DNA of 64,000 nt from Patescibacteria group bacterium (lineage in GTDB: Bacteria; Patescibacteriota; Minisyncoccia; Phycocordibacterales; DATDWN01): assembly GCA_040384485.1 (NCBI GenBank), contig JAZKJH010000002.1:22235-86234 (forward strand), in the 5' to 3' direction. Numbering within the stretch: the first letter of the stretch is position 1; the number at the start of each line of letters is the position of its first letter. The notes beneath the pieces are model-generated. The model saw only the letters and a program-made list of their open reading frames with translations, did no database searches and was not told the origin of the DNA. Shown here piece after piece: positions 39,336 through 49,555 of the stretch. Both the position numbers and the translations under genes were made by a program.

Positions 39336-40349
39336 ATGGGAATTTTTTCAAAAAAGCTCGGAATAGACTTAGGAACTGCCAACATCTTAGTTTTTTTGCC
39401 TGGCAGAGGAGTCGTATTAAATGAGCCATCTGTTGTTGCTGTGTCAGAAGAGGATAACAGGATAATTGCTATTGGTCTAGAAGCAAAAGAGATGATAGGC
39501 AGAACTCCTGACAATATAATTGCTTACAGACCAATGAAGGATGGAGTGATAGCTGATTATAGAGTGACAGAGGCGATGCTACGATACTATATAGATAAAG
39601 CACTAGGAAAATGGAATTTTGTTAAACCAGAGGTTTTAGTTTCTGTTCCTGCCGGGGTAACATCTACGGAAAGACGAGCCGTGATAGAAGCAGCGGTTAG
39701 AGCAGGGGCCAAAAATGCGTATGTGGTGAAAGAACCTATTCTTGCAGCTATCGGGGCGGGCATCCCTATCAATGAAGCGATGGGACACATGATAGTGGAT
39801 ATAGGAGGAGGAACAACTGACGTTGCTGTAATATCGCTTTCCGGAATAGTTGCATCCACTTCTGTAAAATGTGCAGGAAATAAAATCGATCACGCTATTA
39901 CTGACTATATCAAAAAAACTTTTAACCTAGCTATCGGAGATAAAACCGCAGAAGATATAAAAATAAAAATTGGTTCAGCTATTCCACTTGAGGAAGAATT
40001 GTCTATGATGATAAAAGGCCGAGACTTTGTTACCGGACTTCCGCGAAGTGTAGAAATAAAAACAAATGAGATAGTAAAAGCTATAAGTAAGGACCTTCGA
40101 GAAATGATAAAAGCTATCAAGGATGTGCTTCAAGAAACTCCACCGGAACTTTCATCAGACATTATAGACAAAGGAATTATTATGACAGGAGGAACATCTC
40201 AACTTAGAAATTTTCCAGAGCTTGTATTTAGACGAACTGGAGTGAAGTCAGTTCTAGCAAAGGATCCGTTGTATTGTGTAGTAAAGGGAACAGGGATTGC
40301 ATTAGAACATTTAGATACCTACAAGCGGCTTATTATATCCAAAAGATAG
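39336..40349 (+). CDS. mreB: Rod-shape determining actin MreB (copy 1)
   Basis: GIDLGTAN, EPSVVA, VDIGGGTTD, TGGTS. Confidence 0.96.
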   Translation: MGIFSKKLGIDLGTANILVFLPGRGVVLNEPSVVAVSEEDNRIIAIGLEAKEMIGRTPDNIIAYRPMKDGVIADYRVTEAMLRYYIDKALGKWNFVKPEVLVSVPAGVTSTERRAVIEAAVRAGAKNAYVVKEPILAAIGAGIPINEAMGHMIVDIGGGTTDVAVISLSGIVASTSVKCAGNKIDHAITDYIKKTFNLAIGDKTAEDIKIKIGSAIPLEEELSMMIKGRDFVTGLPRSVEIKTNEIVKAISKDLREMIKAIKDVLQETPPELSSDIIDKGIIMTGGTSQLRNFPELVFRRTGVKSVLAKDPLYCVVKGTGIALEHLDTYKRLIISKR

Positions 40350-40398
40350 GATTTGAATTTATTTATAAAAATGATAGTGTTCTATCCGGAGGTTAGTT

Positions 40399-40602
40399 AT
40401 GTGGACGATTGAATACGGTTCTAAAAACTACGGAGCACTTCACTCAGAAGAGGAGGCCAATGAGTTTCTGTTGAATAAAGGCTGGAAACGAGTTACCGGC
40501 ACACGAAAGCGACGCACGTTTTCCAAAAAGATTGATGGAAATATCAAACTAGCTACAGTTAAGCAAGTCTTCTCATATGAGAGCTACACCCTGTTGCCCT
40601 GA
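40399..40602 (+). CDS. Small basic hypothetical protein, MWTIEY paralog A (cassette)
   Basis: GGAGG SD, TGA stop, hairpin terminator. Confidence 0.7.
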   Translation: MWTIEYGSKNYGALHSEEEANEFLLNKGWKRVTGTRKRRTFSKKIDGNIKLATVKQVFSYESYTLLP

Positions 40603-40735
40603 TCGTTCAAAATCCAGCAGACTACTCGCTGGATTTTTTGTATAAGAAACAGATTTCCAAGAGGTGATCGAAGCACCCAGTAGGTTGCTTGAGAAAATAC
40701 AAAAGGATGCTACTATCTTTGTGGAGGTGTTTAGA

Positions 40736-40948
40736 ATGTGGACCATTGAATACGAAGGTAAATTCTACGGGGAATTCCGTGAAGACCAGTCCGCTATTAT
40801 GTTTTTGATAAACAGGGGCTGGCGATACCGCCCACGTAGATTTTCTCAGCGCAGGTATTTGAGAGGAGTGGGGAGTCGTCTTAAGATGGTTCAGGTTGTG
40901 TGGAAGGCAGGTTTCTTTATTGCTGAAGATCGAGAGCTACTTCCATAG
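40736..40948 (+). CDS. Small basic hypothetical protein, MWTIEY paralog B (cassette)
   Basis: GGAGGTG SD before ATG at 40736; homologous to 40399-40602. Confidence 0.7.
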   Translation: MWTIEYEGKFYGEFREDQSAIMFLINRGWRYRPRRFSQRRYLRGVGSRLKMVQVVWKAGFFIAEDRELLP

Positions 40949-41039
40949 AATTGTTGAATCCAGTGATAGCATCGTGCTGTTACTGGATTTTTTTATTTGC
41001 CGACATTTCGGTGACGATTTGATATACTGGGATATATTT

Positions 41040-41708
41040 ATGCAAACATTTTTTGAGTCATACAAGAATTCTGGAGATTTGCACCATGCCTATTTTTTAG
41101 TGGGGGATACAAAACACATCCTCTCAAACCTTATCCCTTTCCTGAAGGATAAGGTAGGGGTGTCGGTCCAAGGTTCAGCAGATTTTTGGCATGGCAAGTT
41201 CCACAACATGACAGTGGAGGAGACAAAAAGCATCTACGCAATGTCACAAAACAAGGACTTCGCTCGAGGCAAAAAGATTTTTATAATTGAAACTGATTTT
41301 ATAACAGAGGAAGCTCAGAACACCATGCTCAAGTTTTTTGAAGAGCCTACCCCAGGCACTCACTTTTTTATTGTGTCACCTCAAGACTTTCTACTTCCTA
41401 CTTTGCAATCTAGAATAATCAAGATTCACACGATTGCTAGATCCTCGGAAACAAAAGAAAGTATCTTGAGTTTAAATTTAAAAGAAAGGATAGATAGAGT
41501 AAAAGTAATTACCGAGTCAATTAAGGACGACGAGGGCACAAAACAGGATGCCATAAGTTTGTTAAATGACATAGAAAAGGAACTCTATACTGATGGAGTA
41601 GAAAAAAACTATGACAGGTTGGAGTTATGTCAGAAAACTAGGCAATCTCTATATGATAGAGGTGCTCCAATTAAAATCGTGTTGGAAAACCTACTTATTT
41701 CAATTTAA
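41040..41708 (+). CDS. holB: DNA polymerase III delta' subunit-like
   Basis: HHAYF, EAQNTMLKFFEEP, LLPTLQSR. Confidence 0.85.
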   Translation: MQTFFESYKNSGDLHHAYFLVGDTKHILSNLIPFLKDKVGVSVQGSADFWHGKFHNMTVEETKSIYAMSQNKDFARGKKIFIIETDFITEEAQNTMLKFFEEPTPGTHFFIVSPQDFLLPTLQSRIIKIHTIARSSETKESILSLNLKERIDRVKVITESIKDDEGTKQDAISLLNDIEKELYTDGVEKNYDRLELCQKTRQSLYDRGAPIKIVLENLLISI

Positions 41709-41736
41709 AGGACGGTTATGTTAATATCATAGCCAT

Positions 41737-42288
41737 ATGGCATACAATTTTTCACCATTTAAAACTGCAACAAAGGACACTGAAGAGTGGCTAAAAAGAG
41801 AATACTCAGGGATAAGAACAGGAAGAGCAACTCCCGCTATACTTGATGTCGTTTCTGTAGAAGCCTACGGTTCAATGATGCCAATAAACCAAGTAGCAAA
41901 CATATCTGTAGAGGACGCTCGAATGATTCGTATTTCTCCTTGGGATGCAACTCAGGCAAAAGCTATAGAAAAAGCTATTATGCTTTCTGATCTTGGACTT
42001 TCAGTTACAGTGGACGACAAAGGTCTTCGTGTAGTTTTTCCAGATCTTACTTCAGAAAGAAGACTATCTCTTGTAAAAATAGCCAAACAAAAACTTGAGG
42101 ATGCGAAAATTACTATGAGAGGAGAGAGAGAAAAAGTGCTAAAGGATTTGGATAGACAGGAAAAAGAGGACGGAATGTCAAAGGACGATGTTTTTAGATA
42201 TAAAACTGAACTTCAGAAATTAATAGACGAATCAACTCGGGCACTTGAGGAGTTATTCGAAAAGAAAGAGAAAGAAATAACAGAATAA
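41737..42288 (+). CDS. frr: Ribosome recycling factor
   Basis: IRTGRATP, AYGS, LTSERR. Confidence 0.96.
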   Translation: MAYNFSPFKTATKDTEEWLKREYSGIRTGRATPAILDVVSVEAYGSMMPINQVANISVEDARMIRISPWDATQAKAIEKAIMLSDLGLSVTVDDKGLRVVFPDLTSERRLSLVKIAKQKLEDAKITMRGEREKVLKDLDRQEKEDGMSKDDVFRYKTELQKLIDESTRALEELFEKKEKEITE

Positions 42289-42291
42289 TCC

Positions 42292-43389
42292 ATGTCTATA
42301 ATTTTATTTATCATAATTTTAGCTGTTTTAATTTTGGTTCACGAGTTCGGGCATTTTATCGTAGCCAAAAAATCAGGAGTAAGGGTTGATGAATTTGGCC
42401 TAGGATTTCCTCCAAAACTTTGGGCAAAAAAATTTGGTGATACATTATATACACTTAACGCGATACCGTTTGGGGGATTTGTGAAAATATTTGGAGAGGA
42501 TCCACACAGCACTGAGATAAAAGAAGAAGACAAAGCAACAAGTTTTTACTATAAGCCAAAATGGATCCAAGCTTCTATTCTTGTTGCAGGAGTAGTGTTC
42601 AACCTTATTTTTGCTTGGTTGCTGATTTCCGGAACATTTATGATGGGTGTGCCAGCTACAGAGGGTCATTCAAGGTGGGGAGAGGTGATGGACGCAAAAA
42701 TGTCCATAACTGCAGTTGCACCAGATTCACCAGCAGCACTTGGTGGTATTGAAACAGGCGACACAGTTCTATTTGTTTCTTCTGAGGTCGGTTTTGCTCA
42801 AGGGGAGAGTCTGACTGTTGAGAATATACAAAAAGTTATAAGTGAGAGTGAGAGTCAAGTTGAGATTTTATATAAAGATCCATCAGGCGTAACTCAAACT
42901 GCCTTTATTGAACCAACCTTAGACGATGCTTCTGGTAGAAAAGTAATAGGTGTTTCTTTAGACAAAGTCGGAATATTGAGACTACCTGTTCACTATGCTT
43001 TTCTAGAAGGTGCGCGTACTACATATTTATTTACAAAAGCTACTGCAATAGGTTTAGGTGACTTTTTGTGGAATGTTGTTACTTTTAAATCAGACTTTTC
43101 TCAAGTCTCTGGCCCTGTCGGTATCGCTGGCATAGTTGGGGAAGCAAGCGGACTAGGTTTGGTATACGTTTTGTCACTTGTTGCAGTCATCTCAATCAAC
43201 CTTGCTATTATCAATCTTGTACCTTTTCCTGCTCTTGATGGGGGAAGACTACTCTTTGTACTAATAGAGTCTATAACCAGGCGTCCAATCAATCCAAAAT
43301 TCGCAATCTGGGCTAACACTATAGGTTTCGTACTTCTTATTATTCTAATGATAGTAGTGACTGGACACGACATATTCCGCCTATTTTAA
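42292..43389 (+). CDS. rseP: Site-2 protease RseP with PDZ domain
   Basis: HEFGH, GGFVK, NLVPFPALDGG. Confidence 0.93.
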   Translation: MSIILFIIILAVLILVHEFGHFIVAKKSGVRVDEFGLGFPPKLWAKKFGDTLYTLNAIPFGGFVKIFGEDPHSTEIKEEDKATSFYYKPKWIQASILVAGVVFNLIFAWLLISGTFMMGVPATEGHSRWGEVMDAKMSITAVAPDSPAALGGIETGDTVLFVSSEVGFAQGESLTVENIQKVISESESQVEILYKDPSGVTQTAFIEPTLDDASGRKVIGVSLDKVGILRLPVHYAFLEGARTTYLFTKATAIGLGDFLWNVVTFKSDFSQVSGPVGIAGIVGEASGLGLVYVLSLVAVISINLAIINLVPFPALDGGRLLFVLIESITRRPINPKFAIWANTIGFVLLIILMIVVTGHDIFRLF

Positions 43390-43432
43390 GCCATTTTTTG
43401 ACCTAACAGTTTTTTTAAGATAAGATTTAAGA

Positions 43433-44680
43433 ATGTTACAATCAAAGCTATTTACAAAAACAAGAAAGGAATTTCCAGCTGACGAAACTTCAAAAAATGC
43501 TCAGTTGCTAATACGTGCTGGTTTTATATATAAAGAAATGGCAGGTGTTTATTCCATAATGCCTTTAGGTTTGATGGTGGTAAATAAAATCAAGAAAGTT
43601 GTAAATGAGGAGATGAAGAAAGTAGGTTCTACTGAAATTATAATGTCTACTTTGCAAAACAAAGAGATTTGGGAAACTACAAACAGATGGGATGATAATA
43701 AAGTAGATGTCTGGTTTAAATCCGCATTGAAAAGCGGCGCTGAAGTTGGATTCGGTTGGTCTCATGAGGAACCTATTACAAATATGATGAAAGATCATAT
43801 TTCTAGTTATAACGATCTTCCAAGTTATGTACATCAGTTTCAAAATAAATTAAGAAACGAAGTTCGAGCGAAAAGCGGAATAATGCGCTGTAGAGAATTT
43901 ATCATGAAAGATATGTATTCCTACACTGTAAATGAGGAACAGCACATGGAGTTTTATAACAAAACTATTGAGGCCTACATGAATGTATATAGAAGCCTTG
44001 GATTAGGCGACATTACTTTCGTGACTTCTGCTTCTGGTGGTGTGTTTACCGATAAATTCAGTCACGAATTTCAAACATTGTGTGAAGCAGGTGAAGACAA
44101 TATATATGTTCATGCAGATGGAAAAACTGCTTTAAATGAAGAAGTTTTCAGTGATGAAATGCTAGAAAAACTAAACCTTAAAAAGGAGGATTTTAGTATT
44201 AAAAAAGCAGCAGAAGTCGGAAATATTTTTACATTCGGTACTGCAAAATGCGAAGAACTCGGACTGTATTTTAATGATAAGGATGGTGTTAAAAAACCAG
44301 TTTATCTTGGTTCATATGGAATAGGTATCACAAGGCTTGTTGGGGTTATGGCTGAAACTTTTTCTGATGAAAAGGGACTTGTTTGGCCAAAAGAAGTGGC
44401 GCCTTTCCGTGTGCACTTGGTTCGCCTAGGAGAAAGTGAATCCGTAAAAACTTTTGCAGATGAGTTGTATACACAGTTATTAGAAAAGAATATAGAAGTT
44501 CTCTATGACGATAGAGAGCTACGTCCTGGTGAGAAATTTGCTGACTCTGACCTTATCGGTATTCCTACCCGTTTTGTAGTGAGCGAAAAGACTGTAGCTG
44601 AGGGCAAGGTGGAGATTAAGGATAGAAAGAGTGGGGAGGTCGTGATTGTTTCAAAGGAAGAAGCGGTATCTTCATTGTAA
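43433..44680 (+). CDS. proS: Proline--tRNA ligase (short form, no editing insert)
   Basis: LLIRAG, SHEE, REFIMKDMYS, EVGNIF, GSYGIG. Confidence 0.95.
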   Translation: MLQSKLFTKTRKEFPADETSKNAQLLIRAGFIYKEMAGVYSIMPLGLMVVNKIKKVVNEEMKKVGSTEIIMSTLQNKEIWETTNRWDDNKVDVWFKSALKSGAEVGFGWSHEEPITNMMKDHISSYNDLPSYVHQFQNKLRNEVRAKSGIMRCREFIMKDMYSYTVNEEQHMEFYNKTIEAYMNVYRSLGLGDITFVTSASGGVFTDKFSHEFQTLCEAGEDNIYVHADGKTALNEEVFSDEMLEKLNLKKEDFSIKKAAEVGNIFTFGTAKCEELGLYFNDKDGVKKPVYLGSYGIGITRLVGVMAETFSDEKGLVWPKEVAPFRVHLVRLGESESVKTFADELYTQLLEKNIEVLYDDRELRPGEKFADSDLIGIPTRFVVSEKTVAEGKVEIKDRKSGEVVIVSKEEAVSSL

Positions 44681-44698
44681 TTTTGTACTTGTTTATTC

Positions 44699-44718
44699 AC
44701 CTGTCCGCGCAGGCAGGT
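44699..44718. repeat. Short CCTGYC...GGCAGG palindromic element
   Basis: ACCTGTC-cgcgca-GGCAGGT, GC-rich hairpin in the AT-rich proS-mreB spacer. Confidence 0.55.
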
Positions 44719-44741
44719 AATGTTTTCTATTCGTAATACTT

Positions 44742-45803
44742 ATGATTAAAAACTTTGAACAACTGAAAAGATTTCTTTCCAACGATATCGGTATCGACCT
44801 TGGTACCGCTAATACACTCGTGTATTTAAGTGGAAAAGGAATAGTTCTTAATGAACCATCTGTTGTGGCAGTAAACCAAAAGACTGGTCGTGTTGTTGCG
44901 GTAGGAAAAGATGCAAAGCAAATGTTGGGTAGAACACCTGGGCATATTCTAGCAGTCCGGCCACTAGTTGATGGTGTTATTTCTGACTTCGAAGTCACAG
45001 AGGAAATGATTACTTATCTTTTAAATAAGGCACAAAAAAATAACAAAAAACTTTTGGGTCCTCGTGTTGTGGTAGGAGTTCCATCTGGAGTTACAAACGT
45101 TGAGACACGAGCTGTGCGAGATGCAACAAAAAACGCAGGAGCAAGTGAGGTTCATATAGTGGAAGAACCAATGGCGGCTGCAATTGGAATAAGACTTCCT
45201 ATCATGGAACCAGTTGGAAACATGATTGTTGATATAGGGGGAGGAACTAGTGACATTGCTGTTATATCTTTGGGTGGAGTTGTACGCTCTAAAAATCTAC
45301 GAATTGCGGGGGACAAACTGAACAACGATATTATTTCGTATGTACGTGGTGAGTTTAAAATTTTAATAGGTGAAAAGACTGCAGAAAATATAAAAATATC
45401 CATCGGGGCTATTTTACCCGGCGATACACCACTTGAAGCTTCTATAAAAGGGCGTGACTTGATTTCCGGTTTGCCACGAGAAGTTATTATTACTGATTCT
45501 GATATTCGGGAAGCTATCTCACAGTCTATAGATACCCTGATAGAGTCGATCAAAGAAGTTTTAGAGACCACACCACCAGAGGTTTTGTCGGATATAATGC
45601 AGAGAGGAATGTATCTAACAGGTGGAGGCGCTCTTATCAATGGACTTGCTCCTCTTATTGAGGAATATACAAAAATTCCTGTTCATGTAGCTCCAGATCC
45701 ACTAACTGCTGTTTGTAGGGGTACAGGTATTATTTTGGAAAATGTAGAAAAATATAGAGATGTGCTAATAGCCAACGAAGATGAACTACCCCCTAAAAAG
45801 TAA
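44742..45803 (+). CDS. mreB: Rod-shape determining actin MreB (copy 2)
   Basis: GIDLGTAN, VDIGGGTSD, LTGGGA; overlaps mreC start. Confidence 0.96.
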   Translation: MIKNFEQLKRFLSNDIGIDLGTANTLVYLSGKGIVLNEPSVVAVNQKTGRVVAVGKDAKQMLGRTPGHILAVRPLVDGVISDFEVTEEMITYLLNKAQKNNKKLLGPRVVVGVPSGVTNVETRAVRDATKNAGASEVHIVEEPMAAAIGIRLPIMEPVGNMIVDIGGGTSDIAVISLGGVVRSKNLRIAGDKLNNDIISYVRGEFKILIGEKTAENIKISIGAILPGDTPLEASIKGRDLISGLPREVIITDSDIREAISQSIDTLIESIKEVLETTPPEVLSDIMQRGMYLTGGGALINGLAPLIEEYTKIPVHVAPDPLTAVCRGTGIILENVEKYRDVLIANEDELPPKK

Positions 45804-46572
45804 ACCAGGGAAAAGTCCGAACAGAAATAAGATAATTTTAATAGCTGTTGTTTTCCTGATTCTTTTAGGTACATCTTTTTTCTTTGCCCCTTCAGCCCGT
45901 AGCGGAGGAAGGTCCGTGCTGACACCTCTTTGGTCAGTTAGAACTGCTGTTTTACGCCCATTTAGTGCCATAGGACAATTTTTTAGTTTTAAAACAACTC
46001 TTATAGAAAAAAACAAAGTCTTAGAGGAAGAGAATGCAACATTGAGATTAAAATCATTTGATTACGATATTTTGCTTCAGGAAAACGAAAGTCTAAAAAG
46101 TAGTTTGGGTAGAAAGGAGAATGAATCTTTTCTTTTTGCAAAAGTTTTATCAAAACCACCAGTTTCTCCATACGATACCTTAGTTTTAGATATCGGTTCG
46201 GAGGATGGGGTTATGCTCGGGAGTAAAGTTTATTTATCAAGCAATGTAATTATTGGTTTGGTAAAGAATGTGACACCAAAAACAGCCTTGGTTGAACTTT
46301 TTTCAAGTAGCTCACAAGAAAATCAACTAACAGTTCTGAGAACAGGTTCTTCGTTTTTAATTGCAGGAAAAGGTGGAGGAAATTTGCAGTTAGAGGTACC
46401 AAAAGACACGGATATTGTGTGGGGTGATGTGTTTGTTTATCCGGATCTAAAAACATCTGTTTTAGGTACTGTGTATTATGTTGATGCGACATCTCAAGGT
46501 TCTTTTAAAACCATACACATCCGACTTTTTGCAAATATTTTTGAAATTAATTCTGTGTTTGTTGCGCGCTAA
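45781..46572 (+). CDS. mreC: Rod shape-determining protein MreC
   Basis: TM, coiled coil with QENESLK, LDIGSEDGV; follows mreB. Confidence 0.9.
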   Translation: MNYPLKSKPGKSPNRNKIILIAVVFLILLGTSFFFAPSARSGGRSVLTPLWSVRTAVLRPFSAIGQFFSFKTTLIEKNKVLEEENATLRLKSFDYDILLQENESLKSSLGRKENESFLFAKVLSKPPVSPYDTLVLDIGSEDGVMLGSKVYLSSNVIIGLVKNVTPKTALVELFSSSSQENQLTVLRTGSSFLIAGKGGGNLQLEVPKDTDIVWGDVFVYPDLKTSVLGTVYYVDATSQGSFKTIHIRLFANIFEINSVFVAR

Positions 46573-46623
46573 TAGGTTTTGCAAAAAACCTAATTTTAAG
46601 TAGTATATTCTACGGAGGTTTGC

Positions 46624-46944
46624 TTGGTAGATTTTGTTAAGGGATTCTTTTTTCATTGGAGGATTGGGTTGTTGTTGTGGGTGCTCACAGCACTAGGAGG
46701 ATGTTTAAAGTACTCCAACTACCTAGCTCTGTTCATGTTTGTGTCTGGTGGGTTGTTTGGTTATGTTACAAAATTTTATAAACTGAGCCGATCACAGTTT
46801 TTTGTTTTCTGTCTCTTTTTTCTTTGGAAATACGAAGCATTTATGTGGTATGTTGGCGGTTCATTCGAAAGCAGCTTACCCGAATTTGCTCTTGGCTCAG
46901 TTTTGTTTTTTATTGGCACTTTTCTTTACCGGTTTAAACCCTAA
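46624..46944 (+). CDS. Membrane protein (cassette between mreC and mreD-like gene)
   Basis: TTGCAA-N16-TAGTAT, GGAGG SD, TTG start, own terminator. Confidence 0.65.
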   Translation: MVDFVKGFFFHWRIGLLLWVLTALGGCLKYSNYLALFMFVSGGLFGYVTKFYKLSRSQFFVFCLFFLWKYEAFMWYVGGSFESSLPEFALGSVLFFIGTFLYRFKP

Positions 46945-47001
46945 CCCGCTCGGCAGATACCTGCTTACGAGCGGGTTTTCTGTTGTGTTACAATGTGTCG
47001 T

Positions 47002-47256
47002 ATGAATAGTAAAAGACTGAGGATGCTAGCTGGTGTAGTGTTACTTATTTCTATCACGTTTGTTCCGTGGTGGGTGTCTTTTTTGTTGATGCTTGCTGCC
47101 GTAGTGTATTTTTACCTGTATGTGGAAGTTTTGTTTCTCGCCTTTTTGTTAGATTTAGTTTATTCACCAGTGTCTACTTTCCCATACGCGCTGCTCTGTA
47201 CTGCATTTGTGGTTTTAGTTTTGTCCGTGTTAATAAAAAGTACAATTAGAAAATAG
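47002..47256 (+). CDS. Small membrane protein in the MreD position
   Basis: Hydrophobic, AFLLDLVY motif, directly upstream of the PBP2 gene. Confidence 0.6.
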   Translation: MNSKRLRMLAGVVLLISITFVPWWVSFLLMLAAVVYFYLYVEVLFLAFLLDLVYSPVSTFPYALLCTAFVVLVLSVLIKSTIRK

Positions 47257-47257
47257 T

Positions 47258-48958
47258 ATGTTTCATCAATTTAAAAAATTTTTTAAACAAAGAAGATATA
47301 CAAGAAACAAGGATATTGATCCCGATGAGATTTTTTTGGATTCACAAAACTTACCGGATTTTGATGTCAGTCAGTTCGAAGGCACTATCGAAAAACCTAT
47401 TCCAAAAAGTACTTTGAAAGCCCTACTATCTTTTTTACTTCTTGTTGGGGTGTTGTTCGGTTGGAAAGTGTGGGATTTGCAGGTGGTCCAAGGAGAGGAA
47501 CTTAGAAAAAGAAGTGACAATAACAGCTTAAGAAGAATATATATATATGCCGACAGGGGAGTAATCCAAGACAGAAATGGAAAACCACTAGTTTCCAACA
47601 CCATAAACCCGAATTCTGAGGATTTTTCTTTGAGGGTGTATGAGGGGGGATCTGGGTTGTCTACTGTGTTGGGGTACTTAAAGTATCCAACAAAAGACTC
47701 TTCAGGATTTTATTATCAAACCAAATTTGAGCCAAAAGATGGAGTGGAAAAAATATATGATAGTCTGTTATCTGGTGAAAATGGTATCAAAATAATAGAG
47801 ACAGATGTAAAAGGCAGTGTGGTGTCTGAGAGTGTCGTTCAACAGCCGAGAAACGGAACAAATGTTGTGTTGTCTATTGATGCTGGCTTACAAAAGAAAC
47901 TATACGAGTCCATGCTCGATGTCGCAAACAGAGCTGGTTACAAAGGTGGTTCAGGAGTTATTATGGATGTGAGAACAGGAGAGATTTTAGCAATGAGTAG
48001 TTTTCCTGAGTACGATTCGGGAGTAATGACAGACGGCGGTGACTCTGCAAAGATATCAGGTTGGTTACGCGATACCAACTATCCGTTTTTGAACCGTGCA
48101 GTAAATGGGTTGTATACACCAGGCTCTATTATGAAGTTATTTGTTGGTTTAGGTGTATTGGAAGAAGGAGTTATAAATCCCAGCAAGCAAATATTGAGTA
48201 CCGGAACCATGACAGTTCCGAACCCGTTTTTTCCTGACAAGCCGTCCGTTTTTGTTGATTGGAAGGCACACGGACTAGTCGACTTTAGGCGTGCCATTGC
48301 GGTGTCTTCCAACATATATTTCTATCAAGTAACAGGAGGGTACGGAGATCAAAAAGGAATTGGAATTGATAATATTGGAAAGTATGCAAGCATGTTTGGT
48401 TTTGGGCAAAAAACTAATATTAATTTTCCAGGAGAAAAGAACGGTACTATACCTAGTCCCGAGTGGAAGGAAAAAAATTTTGAAGGTGAGATTTGGAGAC
48501 TAGGAGATACTTACAACACTTCTATTGGACAATATGGTTTTCAAGTCTCTCCATTACAAGCTGTGAGAGCTGTCGCAGCTTTGGCTAATGGAGGCAAGCT
48601 CTACACCCCAACTTTACTGAAAGAGGGCGGAGGAGACTTTACATCGCTTCCAGAGCTAAAAGAAAGCAGTTACCGAATAGTAAAAGAAGGTATGAGGCAA
48701 GGAGTAACGGAGGGTACTTCAGGATCCCTGAACTTTCCATTTGTAAAAGTGGCTTCTAAAACAGGTACAGCTCAAATAGGTGTAGGTAATACTGGCGTTA
48801 ACTCTTGGGTAGTGGGTTTTTGGCCATATGAGGATCCAAAATATGCTTACGCAATTGTTATGGAAAGAGGCTCTCTAAATAACCAGTTCGGAGCAACTTT
48901 GGTGATGTATGAATTCCTAAATTGGGCTAGTCTGTATGCAGAGGAGTACTTAAAATAG
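47258..48958 (+). CDS. mrdA: Penicillin-binding protein 2
   Basis: DRGVIQDRNG, PGSIMK, SSN, KTGTAQ; mre context. Confidence 0.92.
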   Translation: MFHQFKKFFKQRRYTRNKDIDPDEIFLDSQNLPDFDVSQFEGTIEKPIPKSTLKALLSFLLLVGVLFGWKVWDLQVVQGEELRKRSDNNSLRRIYIYADRGVIQDRNGKPLVSNTINPNSEDFSLRVYEGGSGLSTVLGYLKYPTKDSSGFYYQTKFEPKDGVEKIYDSLLSGENGIKIIETDVKGSVVSESVVQQPRNGTNVVLSIDAGLQKKLYESMLDVANRAGYKGGSGVIMDVRTGEILAMSSFPEYDSGVMTDGGDSAKISGWLRDTNYPFLNRAVNGLYTPGSIMKLFVGLGVLEEGVINPSKQILSTGTMTVPNPFFPDKPSVFVDWKAHGLVDFRRAIAVSSNIYFYQVTGGYGDQKGIGIDNIGKYASMFGFGQKTNINFPGEKNGTIPSPEWKEKNFEGEIWRLGDTYNTSIGQYGFQVSPLQAVRAVAALANGGKLYTPTLLKEGGGDFTSLPELKESSYRIVKEGMRQGVTEGTSGSLNFPFVKVASKTGTAQIGVGNTGVNSWVVGFWPYEDPKYAYAIVMERGSLNNQFGATLVMYEFLNWASLYAEEYLK

Positions 48959-49021
48959 CTTTGACCAAACCCTTATTTTCTGATATACTTTCGTCATTAA
49001 ATTTAATTCATTTCAAAACCA

Positions 49022-49480
49022 ATGAACGAACACGAGTATTTGACACAAGAGAAATTTGAAGAATTCACAAAAGAGTTAGCTCATCTTAAAAATGTCAAAA
49101 GAAAGGAAGTTGCAGAAAATCTAGAGTATGCAAAGTCACTTGGCGACTTGGCTGAGAATGCAGAATACCACGAGGCAAGAGATGTACAAGGAACTGTAGA
49201 GGATAGAATAATGAAACTTGAGCATTTGCTAAAGTATGCAAAAATCGTATCTGCTAGTTCAGGTGGAGTTGTTAGTATTGGTTCTACTGTGACTGTAAAC
49301 AAAGATGGCAAGAAAACAGACTATATTATCGTAGGTTCAGAGGAATCAAACATTGCTGAAGGAAAGATATCCATGAAATCACCATTTGGACAGGCTATCT
49401 TGGGTAAAAAGAAGGGAGATGAATTTAGTTTCAATGCTCCGAGCGGGGAGGTTTCCTATACAATTGTAGACGTAAAATAA
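49022..49480 (+). CDS. greA: Transcription elongation factor GreA
   Basis: GDLAENAEY, ISMKSPFG. Confidence 0.96.
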   Translation: MNEHEYLTQEKFEEFTKELAHLKNVKRKEVAENLEYAKSLGDLAENAEYHEARDVQGTVEDRIMKLEHLLKYAKIVSASSGGVVSIGSTVTVNKDGKKTDYIIVGSEESNIAEGKISMKSPFGQAILGKKKGDEFSFNAPSGEVSYTIVDVK

Positions 49481-49555
49481 ACGAAACAACAAAAACCCGC
49501 CACTGGCGGTTTTTTGTGCCTTTTAACTTTATAACACATACTATATACTTAAATT

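Noticed and set aside
3627-46980. Cassette hairpins (AAC...GTT ends) as integron attC sites
   Set aside because: They vary freely, carry T-runs typical of intrinsic terminators, lack consistent RYYYAAC/GTTRRRY boxes, are not arrayed, and no integron integrase is in the window.
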